Positions 38,691 through 49,730 of a DNA stretch of 64,000 bases are shown here, piece by piece. A program made the position numbers and the translations under genes. This stretch comes from Stegostoma tigrinum (taxonomy: Eukaryota), in assembly GCF_030684315.1 (NCBI RefSeq), contig NC_081355.1, positions 58,947,909-59,011,908 on the forward strand, written 5' to 3'. The notes beneath the pieces were generated by a model. That model ran no database searches. It was not told where the DNA came from and saw only the letters and a program-made list of their open reading frames with translations. The stretch's first letter is position 1. The number at the start of each line of letters is the position of its first letter.

Positions 38691-39559
38691 ACCACCCAGA
38701 TTAGGGGATTTTTGCAAACTTAAAACAAATGCTCAACTGTCTTAGTAGTCAGTTCTTTTAAGACCCTTCAAAGCCCATGAGCACCCACCACTTGTCAGCC
38801 TGCAACCCCATCAAATTACTCATTATGACTTTTCTGGTGAATGTGATTTTATTGAGTTTTCCCCACTCTTCTATTTCCTAATTTTGTTGCTGCTTCCATC
38901 CTCAACTGCGAAAGCTATGGGCTCAGCTTGCCTCCAAGATTATCTGGGAATCTTCAGAAATTGATGATTATTCATCCGGAATGATTACCTCAGAGAAAAC
39001 TTGAGTTCTTGTTTCACATCAACAGTTTGTACTAATGTTTGGTTCAAGTGTACTTTCTTTGTGTTCCCTATGGGTGGTCTAACCTGACAGATGTCAGGAC
39101 AAAACCACAAGCAATGTTCCAACATCTCCAAAGTCTCAATGCCCTTTGTAAACTCTGAATAAATGTCATGTGGTCAGATGTCATGTAGTCAACCCTCCAT
39201 GAATATCTCCCAACTAGAGATGACAACTTTAATTTTATTGGAGATGAAACAACTGATTTTGCTGGGAACTCCTAGTTTTAACAAGCATATTAGAGAACTC
39301 AGAATGAATTAAAATCACCCTTTTATTAATTCTTTGTTTGGAACAATGCATAATAGGGTAATACTTAAGATAGGTTGTACTGGAACTGCTCATTGAAAGG
39401 CATCTGGGGTTTTGGAAACTGTACTCCTTTCCTGACGCTACAATGTTGGCTTCATACACTTGCCAAAATACCAATGTAAACAAATGTGTGGATAGTTTTT
39501 CTGTGAATACATCTGGATAAGCAACTGAATAAATAGTCTAAGTAAACAATTTGGAAGTA

Positions 39560-40055
39560 CAAACCTGCTCTTATCCTTGTGTTCTCTGCCCAAAACCAGT
39601 TCCAGCTCACAACACCACCATCTCCACCACAATTAGGACGAGGTGACCCATGCTGTTGGCACCAAACCGTGCCACACCAACCATATAGTTGACTGAGTCA
39701 ATCAGCATCCCCAAAGGAGTACAAATTTCCATAGTAACCTACACCTGTCCTTAGGAGAGAGATGCAGTAGGTTTTGCTGAAGTTTGACACAAGCAGCTCA
39801 GTGGCATAGGACTCTGCATTATATGGGGTGTTCCCTGGGACATACACCAAGACAAGCAACGACGGCACCAGGAGAACAGTCAATCCAGTGAACAATGCTC
39901 TTTGGTCTGCCCAAAGCATATTGGTCTTCCAGTGCAAAAAATTAAGCTTGGCTGAGTCGTTCAGGCTGGCACATTGCAAGGTCCTGGACAATGTGCCGAG
40001 GGGTGCAATTGCCGCCAAGTGGGGAAGGTCCACAATCTACAGTCTTTCAGCCAAA
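39560..40055 (+). mobile_element. Tx1/L1-clade LINE ORF2 C-terminal remnant
   Basis: 'DSALYGVFPGTYTKT..VNNALWSAQSILVFQ..RLAHCKV' resembles Tx1 C-termini. Confidence 0.6.
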
Positions 40056-40289
40056 ATATAGTGGGGTCCTGTTAAGTTTGAGATACTCTGTTGCCTTGGT
40101 GGGAATTAAAATAGCTTCCTTTTGTGATTAAAAAATGCATTTTTTGTTGGAACTGGATTGAAACGCTAATGAGGAGTATCCAAACTCCACCATGCATTTT
40201 GCTTAAAGTCTGGACTGAACTGTTTTGGCCAACTGTTTCGACATTGTTGGTCAGGAACCTGTTGTTACTAAATATTGAAAGGATGTACA

Positions 40290-40412
40290 AGTTGATATTC
40301 AACCAGTTTGGCCACATCATGAGCATACCTTCCTTGGTCGAGTCCTGGATTGGGACTTAACCTGTAACCTCTGGCTTGAAGGTGGGGATGCTGCCCACTG
40401 TGCCACAAGACC
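40290..40412 (-). mobile_element. tRNA-derived SINE head
   Basis: Reverse complement starts ggtcttgtggcacagtgg...ggttaagtccc; same type as 37235-37340. Confidence 0.5.
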
Positions 40413-42939
40413 TGTACATTAATCTGTTATTTACCCTCTAAATAGTAGCTGCTGTTGACTTACTACTAAATAAATTGCACCTGTTGTAAACAAGTACATT
40501 ATTAAGTAATTCATTGATGTATTGAACTGCATTTTATGTTGTGTATACTTGAGCAATCAAGGATGCATTGAATATTTTCCTGAAAAGTGTGCGGCAATTT
40601 TGGGACAGCAATTAAAGACCATTCTTATGTTGTGGAGAATGTAAGTGCTTTTGCAGACTTGGCTTTGCTTGGCCACAAGTGATTTGTGACATGACAAAAA
40701 AAGGACAAATTTATCAAGTAAAAATAAATTATTATCCACAAAGAGACAAAAGGACAGCTCTCCATATGTAAGTGGTATGACTTAAATGGCTTTATATTTA
40801 GGGAATTTAGCAAAGGGTGCTTACTTTTCCAAATGTATTTCCCATGGCATCATCTAGTGGTCAGATGTGTTATTACCCGCTGTTTATAGCTAGTTGACTA
40901 ATGCACAGAAATCAATCCTGCTTTCCTGCAGAAATCAATCGGGAAAATAAATATAATTGCTCTGTCCATATTATTGCATGATCTAAAGTGAAGTATTCTT
41001 TCTTTTAGTAATGGATACAACCTCTAACTCAGGATTTGTGGTTGAACAGCATAGTTTGTTTTCGCTATTAAAAATACAGCAAATTTCAATTGTATGTGTA
41101 TTATGTCAGAATATATACAGGCATTGGAATGAAAAGGAACTAACAGCATAGTTTCATAATTAACAGTGGAGAACAACAGTAACATAATTATATAACAGCG
41201 CTGTTAATCCTGCGTTATCTGTTAACACAGAAATAAATAAAGATGAATAAAATCACATGAAAAATTAGCTGACAGGAGAGCTTATCATTTGATGAATGTC
41301 TGCTTTCATAATACTGTTAAAAGCATTCTGGTGATGTAATTAATGTCAAGTGTGTAAATCAAACTGAATATAGAATTAAGAAGCCTAAAGTCATTTTATT
41401 ATTTTCTGAATTAAAATATTAATTTAAATTGATTAAGATTTAATTCATTTTTCAGTTTGAATTCCTGTCTTCAATTAAGTTGCTACAAGTTTTGCATCCT
41501 TCTTCCTGACAACAATTGAAATTCTGTACATGACTGGAAAATTACTGTTGAAGTATTATACTGAAGGTACTATTTTGCAAAGCAGATTTATGTCTAAAAA
41601 TATTATACAAGAAAACTTGAATTCTTTAAGCAGGATTTTCATTCTCTTCAGTGTGCTTACATATATAGGCTTAGAAAAGGCATCTCTGAAGAATTTAAGG
41701 GCAATGGTTTCATCACACATTCAGCTAACATATCCAACTGCTACTACGATAAAGATTATCTTGATATGTATTGCATCTGTCTATGAACACAAACTAAGGA
41801 ACATGTTAAAACTGCTAGCAATTTTGAATATGTAGAATAGGACTGGTCAACAATTTGAAAATCCTTTGGAGAAAATGCCAGGCCCATCACATTCTTGATT
41901 TCAGAAGTTTGCTGCAGCTCAACAAGTTGCTGTCAGTTGCAAGGGGTATCCCAGAAGTCAGTTCTAGGGAAGGGTGGACTGCCTACAGAGAAAGAACACA
42001 CTCTGGCAACTAGTCCAAAATGTTTTAGAACTGGCCCAAAGCTCGAGTTTAAACTGGTCTCGGGCCTGTGTGTTAGGATGTGCATTGTTCACACAGCACC
42101 AACTGTCACCCAGTCATGGGGTGCAGGCTAATTTTTTCCTAATTAAATTTTGTGCCATGAGCCAAAAGGCACTTGCCTTGTTTTTAGCATGATGTCTTAA
42201 AACAAGATCCGACATATTTTGAGAAAACATGCGTATTTCCATTGTGTAATCATAAAAGGAGAGACTTGAATTAGGTAGTGACTGGACTGGGTGGAGGAGG
42301 AGGAACATAAAATCCAGTGGGTGGCCTTCCTGCTGTCTCTTTCTGAAATGTTATGGCAGTGGTGGACAGGATCCGCAGCTTACCCTCAGACCTGTTGAAG
42401 CCTTTATGTGTTCAATGAATGGTTGTTTAACTGTTTCAGTCATACTGTTTCTTTGGTGGAGTGAGGTCTGCACCATCCAGAAGGCCAACAGGAGTTAATA
42501 TGCCAGCTGGTGTTGGGCAAGGGGGCCATCCTTTGTGGGTCCCCTGGACCTGTTGGATTGATGCACAAGTGACGAATGTCCAAATTTTACTGTATTTTCG
42601 GCAAAGCCTGGAATGAACTGTTCTGCCTTTAAATCCGAGCCATAGTCAGTCCACACCCATCTCAGCCCCACTTCTCACGGCTCGCTGAGATCTCCTGTCC
42701 TGGTCTTAGCTGGGCTCTTTGGCATGAAGAGACTGCCTGAGATCCAAGCAGTTGCCACCGCTCCTTATCCAGTTAGCCAGTAACTCTCTAAGGCATGACA
42801 TCTTGCTGATCTGGGCCACAAATCTCCCCGGAAAACAATTATTTCTATAGCCAACATTAAGCTGCTGCAAAGCAGCTGACAGGTCCATTTGTGGTCACCT
42901 GCAAAAACTTCACTTGCGTGGTATTGTTGTGGGGAGGTT

Positions 42940-43422
42940 GATTTGTCTATAGTGCCTCATAACCTCCAACCCAGTGCGTTTCAGAGCTACAACATTTCTG
43001 AAATCACTGAACTGCCAATAAGGTACCTTTGAAATGTAGTCACTGATGAACTACAGTAAACCCAGCTGTCAATTTGTACAGAAAGCTCTCACAAGCAACA
43101 AGCAGACAGTTAATCCTTAATAAATGTTAATAACGATGCTTGAGGGTGAAATATTTGTCAAGATGTTGAAGAGAACATTCTAGCTCCTCTTCCTGATATG
43201 GTGGTGAATTTCTTCAGGCCCCACACAAGAGTAAGGATGGGTTACAAAACCAGAAATTGGTGGAAAAATTCAGCAGGTCTGGGAGCATGTTAAGAGAGAA
43301 AGCAGATGTTTTGGGTCCAGGGACTCCCTCAAAATTGCACTGAACTGCTAACCTAGATTTGTGTGTTAAGTTCTGTTTCTGAACTTCGACTCAGAAGCAA
43401 GAGTGTGACTTGCTGAGCTATC
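42940..43422 (-). mobile_element. DeuSINE-like SINE with a PLE family C terminal fragment (43245-43335) inside
   Basis: 'tttgaaatgtagtcactg', reverse head 'gactcagaagcaagagtg..ctgagcta'. Confidence 0.55.
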
Positions 43423-44046
43423 CATATATGTTATGAGGCTTGATTCTGGTATCCCAGGAGTGGCTTAATCTATAAATTTAAAAACAACAGCTCATACAAA
43501 CATCAGCTGCAGGTGGGCACTGTATCACTGACCTAGAATTTGAAACTCAGCAAGGTGAGGATTTTAATGTACTCTTCGTAACCTTAGAGCTAAGATTATT
43601 TACAAACTCATTACTTCTGCTCTTTCAGACATTTCTTAGTGGATTAGAATGGAGAAGAAAGAAGAGCAGAAATCCAGTATGCATTGTTTGAATAGTTGTT
43701 CTCCTGTATGTCCTTAGTAATTATTCTGCAGTGATAGAGGTAACAGTGAAGGTTGCTAAAATGCCTGGAAAATTGTTTACATTTTTCTATAAAAAGAGCA
43801 GAAAAAGACTGAGAAGTGGACAATAGTTTGTATTCGACGTAAAATAATTTCTCGGCAGTAGGTAACAGCGAGGATGCTTTCCAAACTTGGAGTGTAACAG
43901 TTACTTCTGCAGAAAAAAATGGCTCGTATGTGTCAAAAGGCTGGAATTGTGAATTGATTTTGAATCCTTTTGCACACTGAATATTTGTGTTCTGTATAAA
44001 TCAGTCCAAGGGTGGTGCATGAATGAAACATATTTAAGCCTCAACT

Positions 44047-44265
44047 CCGGTGTGGAGTTTGCACATTTTCCCTGTGTCTGTGTGAGTTTCCTCCGGGTGC
44101 TCTGGTTCCCTCCCACAGTCCAAAAATGTGCAGTTTAGGTGGATTGGCTAAGCTAAATTGCCCGTAGTGCCCAGGGGTGTATGAATTTGGGTGGAATGCT
44201 CCAAGGGTCAGTGTGGACTTGTTGGGCTGAAGGGCCTGTTTCCACACTGTAGGGAATCTAATATA
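44047..44265 (+). mobile_element. HE1-like V-SINE, 5'-truncated
   Basis: 'gtgtggagtttgcacattttccctgtgtctg..ggcctgtttccacactgtaggg'. Confidence 0.85.
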
Positions 44266-44336
44266 ACCTAATATATTGAGTGAGGTGAGTATGCATCCAT
44301 AAGCAAGGTTCTCCTCTTTCAGAGATAAATTTCAAT

Positions 44337-44750
44337 AACATAAGAATATAAGAAATGGGAGCTGGGTAGGCCATTTGACTCAGCAGCCTGGTCTATCATT
44401 CAAAAAAATTATGACTTATTTTCTACCTTGACTTCACCTCCCAGTACTAATTATATATTCCTTAATTTGCTTAGTACGCAAAAATATATCAATCACAGTC
44501 TTGAATTTATTCAATAATTGAGTACTGACAAACTTCTGGGGTGCAGAATCCCAGAGATTCACAACCCCTAGAGTGCAGAAATTTCTGCCCATCTCAGTCC
44601 TAATGACTGAGACTTTTTAATGAGACTGCGACCCAATGTCCTAGATTCTACAACCTATAGAAGCTCTTCTTCATCGTTTACTCTGTCAAAATCCTTAAAA
44701 AAGTTTTGTACGTTTCAACTAAATCACTTTCATCCACCTTATTTCCTCAA
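44337..44750 (-). mobile_element. CR1 3' region
   Basis: Reverse tail 'acataagaatataagaaatgggagc..ggccatt' and 'cccagagattcacaaccc'. Confidence 0.7.
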
Positions 44751-44939
44751 GAAATAGAATGTTTTGATTCAAAATAGTATCCTGGGAGAACTGCAACCTC
44801 CAAGGAATCAGTCAAAGCAAGTTTGGGAGGAAAGAAATCAGAGGGGATCATATTTAGATCATTGTATGCATACACTGTTCAATGGCCAACTTCAGATACC
44901 ATATAATCCAATCAAGAAAGGGTTACATATATATTCTAT

Positions 44940-46868
44940 TTAGCAGGAAAGGTTGAAGAGATGAAAGAAATTAAGAAGATTGTGGTAGAGAAATTAGTGG
45001 GATTAAAAGCTGATAAATCCCCAGAACCTGATAGTCTATCACCCCTGAGTGTTAAAGGACATGTCTGCAGGGATAATTGATGCACTGGTGATTCTCTCCC
45101 AAATTCTGTAGTTTTTGGAATGATTCCCATGGATTGAAAGGTAATGACCTCACTATTTGAGAAGGAAGCAAGAGGGAAAACAGGCAAATACAGACTGATA
45201 ATCTTACAGTGTGAGTAAGAAAAATGCTGGAATCTATTACAAAGGAAAAGATAAACAGACACCTCCCACCCCAAGCCGCACCCCCATTTCCTACCTACTA
45301 ACCTCATCCCACCCCCTTGACCTGTCCGTCCTCCGTGGACTGACCTATCTCCTCCTTACTTCCCCACCTACACTCACCTTTACTGGCTCCATCCCCGCCT
45401 CTTTAACTTGTCTGTCTGTCTCCTCTCCACCTAGCTTCCCCTCTATCCATCTTCGATCTGCCTCCCCCTCTCTCCCTATTTATTTCAGGACCCTCTCCCT
45501 GTCCCCCATTTTTGATGAAGGGTCTAGGCCCGAAATGTCAGCCTTCCTGCTCCTATGAAGCTGCTTGTGTTCATCCAGTTCTATACCTTGTTAACTTGAA
45601 TGTTAATGATGTGATTGAACATAGCATGGATTTCTGAATGGGAAATTGTGTTTGACAAATGCCTTGGGGTGTTGTTTGAAGTGTGTTGGTAACAAAATTG
45701 ATAGAGTTGATGGACGTGGTATACTTAGATCTTCAGAAAGCTTTTGATAAAATCTCCCACAGGAGACGAAAGCACGTGGGACGGGAGGTAATGTACTGGC
45801 ATGGGTTAATAGTTAGCTAACAGACAGAAAACAGCAGGAATAACAGTAGGACATTCTTACAATGGCAGGCTGAGACTAGTAGAATACCATAAAGATCAGT
45901 GTTTGGGCCCCGCAGTTCACCATAAATGTCAATGTTTTGGAGATGGGGACCAACTATAAAATCTCCAAATTTGCAGATGATACAAAACTAAGCAGGAATG
46001 TGTTTTACGAGGAAGATGTAAAGTGATTTCAGGAAGATTTGGGCAGGTTTTGTGAATAGACAAGAACGTGGCATGTGGAACATAATGCCGAAAAATGTGA
46101 GTTTATCCACTTTGGGTTCGGAGATGTGCAGAGTATTTCTTAAACGATAAGAGGTTGGGAATATAGATGTACAAAGCGACCTAGATGTCTTTGTTGATAA
46201 CTCACTCATGGCTAACATGCCAGCTATTAGGGAGACTAATGAAATGTTAGCCTTTATTGCAAAGGGATTTGCCTCCAGGATGAGTGAAGTTTTGCTTCAA
46301 ATATGTAGGAGATTAGTTAGACTGCACCTGGAGTACTTTATGCAGGTTTGCTCTCCTTTTCTCAGAAAAGACACTATTGCATACAGGAAGTACAATAATG
46401 GTTCATCAGACTTGTTCCTGGGATGACAGGCATGTCCTATGAAGAGAGATTGTGAAAAATGGGACAGTTTTCTCTAGACTTTCGAAGAATAAGAAGTGAC
46501 CTCATTGAAAACCACTGATTATCTCTTAAAGGGATAATCAGTGTGGATGCAAGTAAGATGTTTTCCCTGGTTGAGGAGTGAGGACCAGAAGACACAATTT
46601 AAAATAAGGGGGTGCCACTTTGCTCTGAGATGAGAACTTTTTTTATATATGGAGAGTTGTGAATCTTTGGAATTCTCTATCACAGAGAACCGTGGAGGCT
46701 GAGTCTTTGAGTATATTTGAGGTAGGGATTGATAGATTTCTGATTATTCATGGAATTCAGGGTAATGGGTATAGAATGGGTAAAAGGCATTTAAGAGCTT
46801 GACCGTATTAAATGGTAGGACAGGATCAATGGGGCAGAATGGCCCCACCTCTGATTCCATGTTCCTTC
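44940..46868 (+). mobile_element. CR1 LINE ORF2 RT region and 3' UTR, degraded
   Basis: LKADKSPEPD, MDVVYLDLQKAFDK, ISKFADDTKL, MLAFIAKG..LVRLHLEY; CR1 3' end near 46860. Confidence 0.88.
45259..45592 (+). mobile_element. PLE A2 3' UTR fragment inserted in CR1
   Basis: Matches 4345-4685; hammerhead-like TTGATGA..CGAAATGTC at 45512-45539. Confidence 0.88.
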
Positions 46869-47837
46869 GTATGTAGTACAGAAAGAGGAAAGGGGAATAG
46901 TAAGGGAAAAAATAACGTGCTGGCACAGATTAATGATTTGCTTTCCTTTCCATCCATTTGGTTCAGCTTCTAATTATGTCGTGATTTTTTTACAAATATT
47001 CAAACCAAGTTGAATAGTGCTTCCTTCATCTACAATTCATTTATAATGCTGCCTCTAGTTGTCAAGTAAGCTAGGTACTACTGAATTCACATTTCATGAG
47101 ACAATGAATTTTGAAAGCAGCTGCAAATTTAATGGAACAGAGCTTTTTTATTGGGATGATTTGATTTTAGAGTTCAACAGCTTCTTGTCAACAGTACAAG
47201 TCTTTAGAAAATGATGGAAGTAGTAATTACTAGGTGTCTACACTGGTTAAAGACACAAATGAATTAGGTAGGTGTTAGCAAGTAACTGTCCTCTCTTAAT
47301 TGTCTCAAGATGGCAGGGAAGACTTTCTGCAGAATAAGCATGTTCCTCAATTCAGTGATTACCATATAAATGAATGATGGAGAATTATATTAATGTTGGT
47401 CTGTTTATCTTAACAATGTTTCATTCAGAGCTTTCAAATGCAAAGAAACACACAAAAATGCTGAATATAATAATCCAGAATGACAGCATATGGAAACACT
47501 AGGTCTCTTTCTATTTGTAAGAATCTAAGATTAAATTTGAAAATTTCAACTTGATTAATTGTGGTACAAGCATTTTCTAAAATTTTACAATGAGTTTGCT
47601 TCTCAACTCAGAAGACAATAAAATTACTGTCTCTGCACAGAAAATTCAAGTCCAAATTTTTAAAAATCCCTGTTCAACCATTGACATTTTTCCCTTCTTG
47701 TCTGAAGGGATTGAGTCTTGCTCGGATGTGCTTTCATAGGATGCCCTGTTGGTTCTCCTATTCAAATGGCCAATCTTTGCCTGAACCCGAAGAGAGCATC
47801 ACAACTTGACTAGGAAAGACATCATAGTTGAATCCAA

Positions 47838-48006
47838 GATAGTATCAGAGATAATGGGAACTGCAGATGCTGGAGAATTCCAAGATAATAAAATGTGAGG
47901 CTGGATGAACACAGCAGGCCAAGCAGCATCTCAGGAGCACAAAAGCTTTTGTGCTCCTGAGATGCTGCTTGGCCTGCTGTGTTCATCCAGCCTCACATTT
48001 TATTAT
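47838..48006. mobile_element. PLE family A fold-back mini-insertion containing a perfect 122-bp palindrome
   Basis: Arms 47885-47945 / 47946-48006; 14-bp direct repeat atagttgaatccaa at 47824-47837 and 48005-48018. Confidence 0.92.
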
Positions 48007-48064
48007 AGTTGAATCCAAACTGATTCAAAATGAACTTCCAATTACATCACTGTACCATTACTTG

Positions 48065-48622
48065 ACTTTGCCTCAGCTCATCTCTTGTTGAAATCCTCAA
48101 ATCCTCTTGCCTGCCTTTATTACTTTTAAACTTGATCATTCCAAATCACTCCCGTTCATTCAAAACTCTTTTGCCCAGATCTTAAATTGCACCAAGTCCT
48201 GTGCAATCATCAACCCTAAGCTCACTGACAAGCATTATCTGCTGGTTAAGCAATGGTTTGTTTTAAAATTCTTGTCCTTGCTTTTAATCTCTCCATAACT
48301 TCAACCCTCTCTACCTGTGTAATCTCTTCCAGCATCACAACCTTTCAGCACATCTATTTTGCTTTTATCTGGCCTTCTGACCATCCCCAATTTTAATTGC
48401 TACATTTGGGCATCCATATTTTGAGCTGCCAAAGCCCTAAGTTCTGGAACTCCCTGCCCCTCTAACTCTCTTTCAACTCTAAAATGTTCCTTAAAACCTA
48501 GTTCTATCTGCTGCAATATTTCTTCAGGTACCTCTAATACTATTTTATTTTATAATGCTCCTATAAAGCATTGATATGTTTTATTATGTTCAAGGATGCA
48601 ATATGTGTTGTAAGTGTTGTTC
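48065..48622 (+). mobile_element. L2-type LINE 3' part
   Basis: AFITFKLDHS..IQNSFAQILNCTKS; homologous to 14730-15260. Confidence 0.65.
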
Positions 48623-49561
48623 TTGCTATCCACAAACATGTTATTATCTACTTTCCAACAAAAAGAGACTCTATAACTGGAACTAGAAATGTCAGAGAGC
48701 AATGAGGGGCTGTTTAAATTGATTTCTGGTTGGTGGCTTTTTTCAGCAGGTAATATCACGAGCAAGCAGCATGAAGCAAATTGCCAAAAATTAACAAGCT
48801 TAATTGATAATGAAAGTGAAGAGCATTATTTTATAACATCAGTTTGTTTTGTTAATGCTCTGATTATAAAGTAAAACTGGCCTTGCTAGCAACACCTTGG
48901 ATCCTTGAATGAAGAAATGAAAATGTTGAATTGATGGGAAGCATTGAAATATAGTGACATTAAAATGAGTTAAATCGCAGGGGATCAGCTCACAAATTCC
49001 TGCTAAATGGAGCTTAGAAAAAGCCAAGGGGACCTCCACACAACCCAATTTGCCTTGCAAATGTGCTCTATGTAAAAAAAATCCTAAATGCAAACACAGT
49101 AAAGCAATCAATATGTCTTTATTTCAAATTTGTTCACAGTTTACAATGGCCTGAACTTGTACAGTAAAAAGGATTGGAAAATGAGGGGCATTTAATCCAC
49201 AAAATCTCAGTAATTTTATTATTCCTGAACATACTGTTTTTGGTCAACATGCTGTCAATGCAGTCAAATGTGTTTTCTATGTTCTCGTGCTGTAGCAAAA
49301 TCCTGGGGCATCTCTACAGCCTTTGCAGCTTCAACAAAGGAAGTAAGCTAGTGAGACTTGCCAGACTCTTCAGAATCATCCGCCCCCTGGCTTAAGAATG
49401 TTTTGCAACCACGATTGAGTCATCTATCAGCTCAATTGTGTAGGACATTATCTTGCCTAACCTGATTTAATTTTCCATGATGGTTTCTGCTGGGCTATTC
49501 ATGCCATTGATCAAAAAGGGCATTTGTATTTGTGTTATTAAGAACTGCCGTTGCTGGAGTC

Positions 49562-49730
49562 AGAGATAACACAGTGTGGAGCTGGAGGAATACAGCAGGC
49601 CAGGCATCATCATCATCAGAGGAAGAAAGCTGACATTTCAGGTTGGGTCCTGACCCAAAACATCAGCTTTCCTGCTCCTCTGATGCTGCCTTGCTTGCTG
49701 TGTTCCTCCAGCTCCACACTGTTTTGTCTT
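49562..49730. mobile_element. Older PLE-terminus fold-back element
   Basis: 'acagtgtggagctggaggaatacagcaggc' versus 'gcttgctgtgttcctccagctccacactgt' inverted arms, meeting in hammerhead stem II remnants. Confidence 0.8.

Noticed and set aside
13398-43060. Isolated CTGATGA matches outside PLEs (about 13398, 15440, 17777, 28408, 29692, 43044)
   Set aside because: No stem II plus GAAA downstream; chance heptamers.
47885-48006. Hairpins as pre-miRNA genes or DNA-transposon MITEs
   Set aside because: The arms are PLE 3' termini, with a one-sided tail and 14-bp TSDs; no transposase-type TIR signature and no expression data.
49348-49395. Peptide LVRLARLFRIIRPLA with Arg at every third residue, like an S4 voltage sensor
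   Set aside because: It ends in a stop with no splice donor, has no S3-like context, and a donor-like AAGTAAG lies before it; most likely chance.
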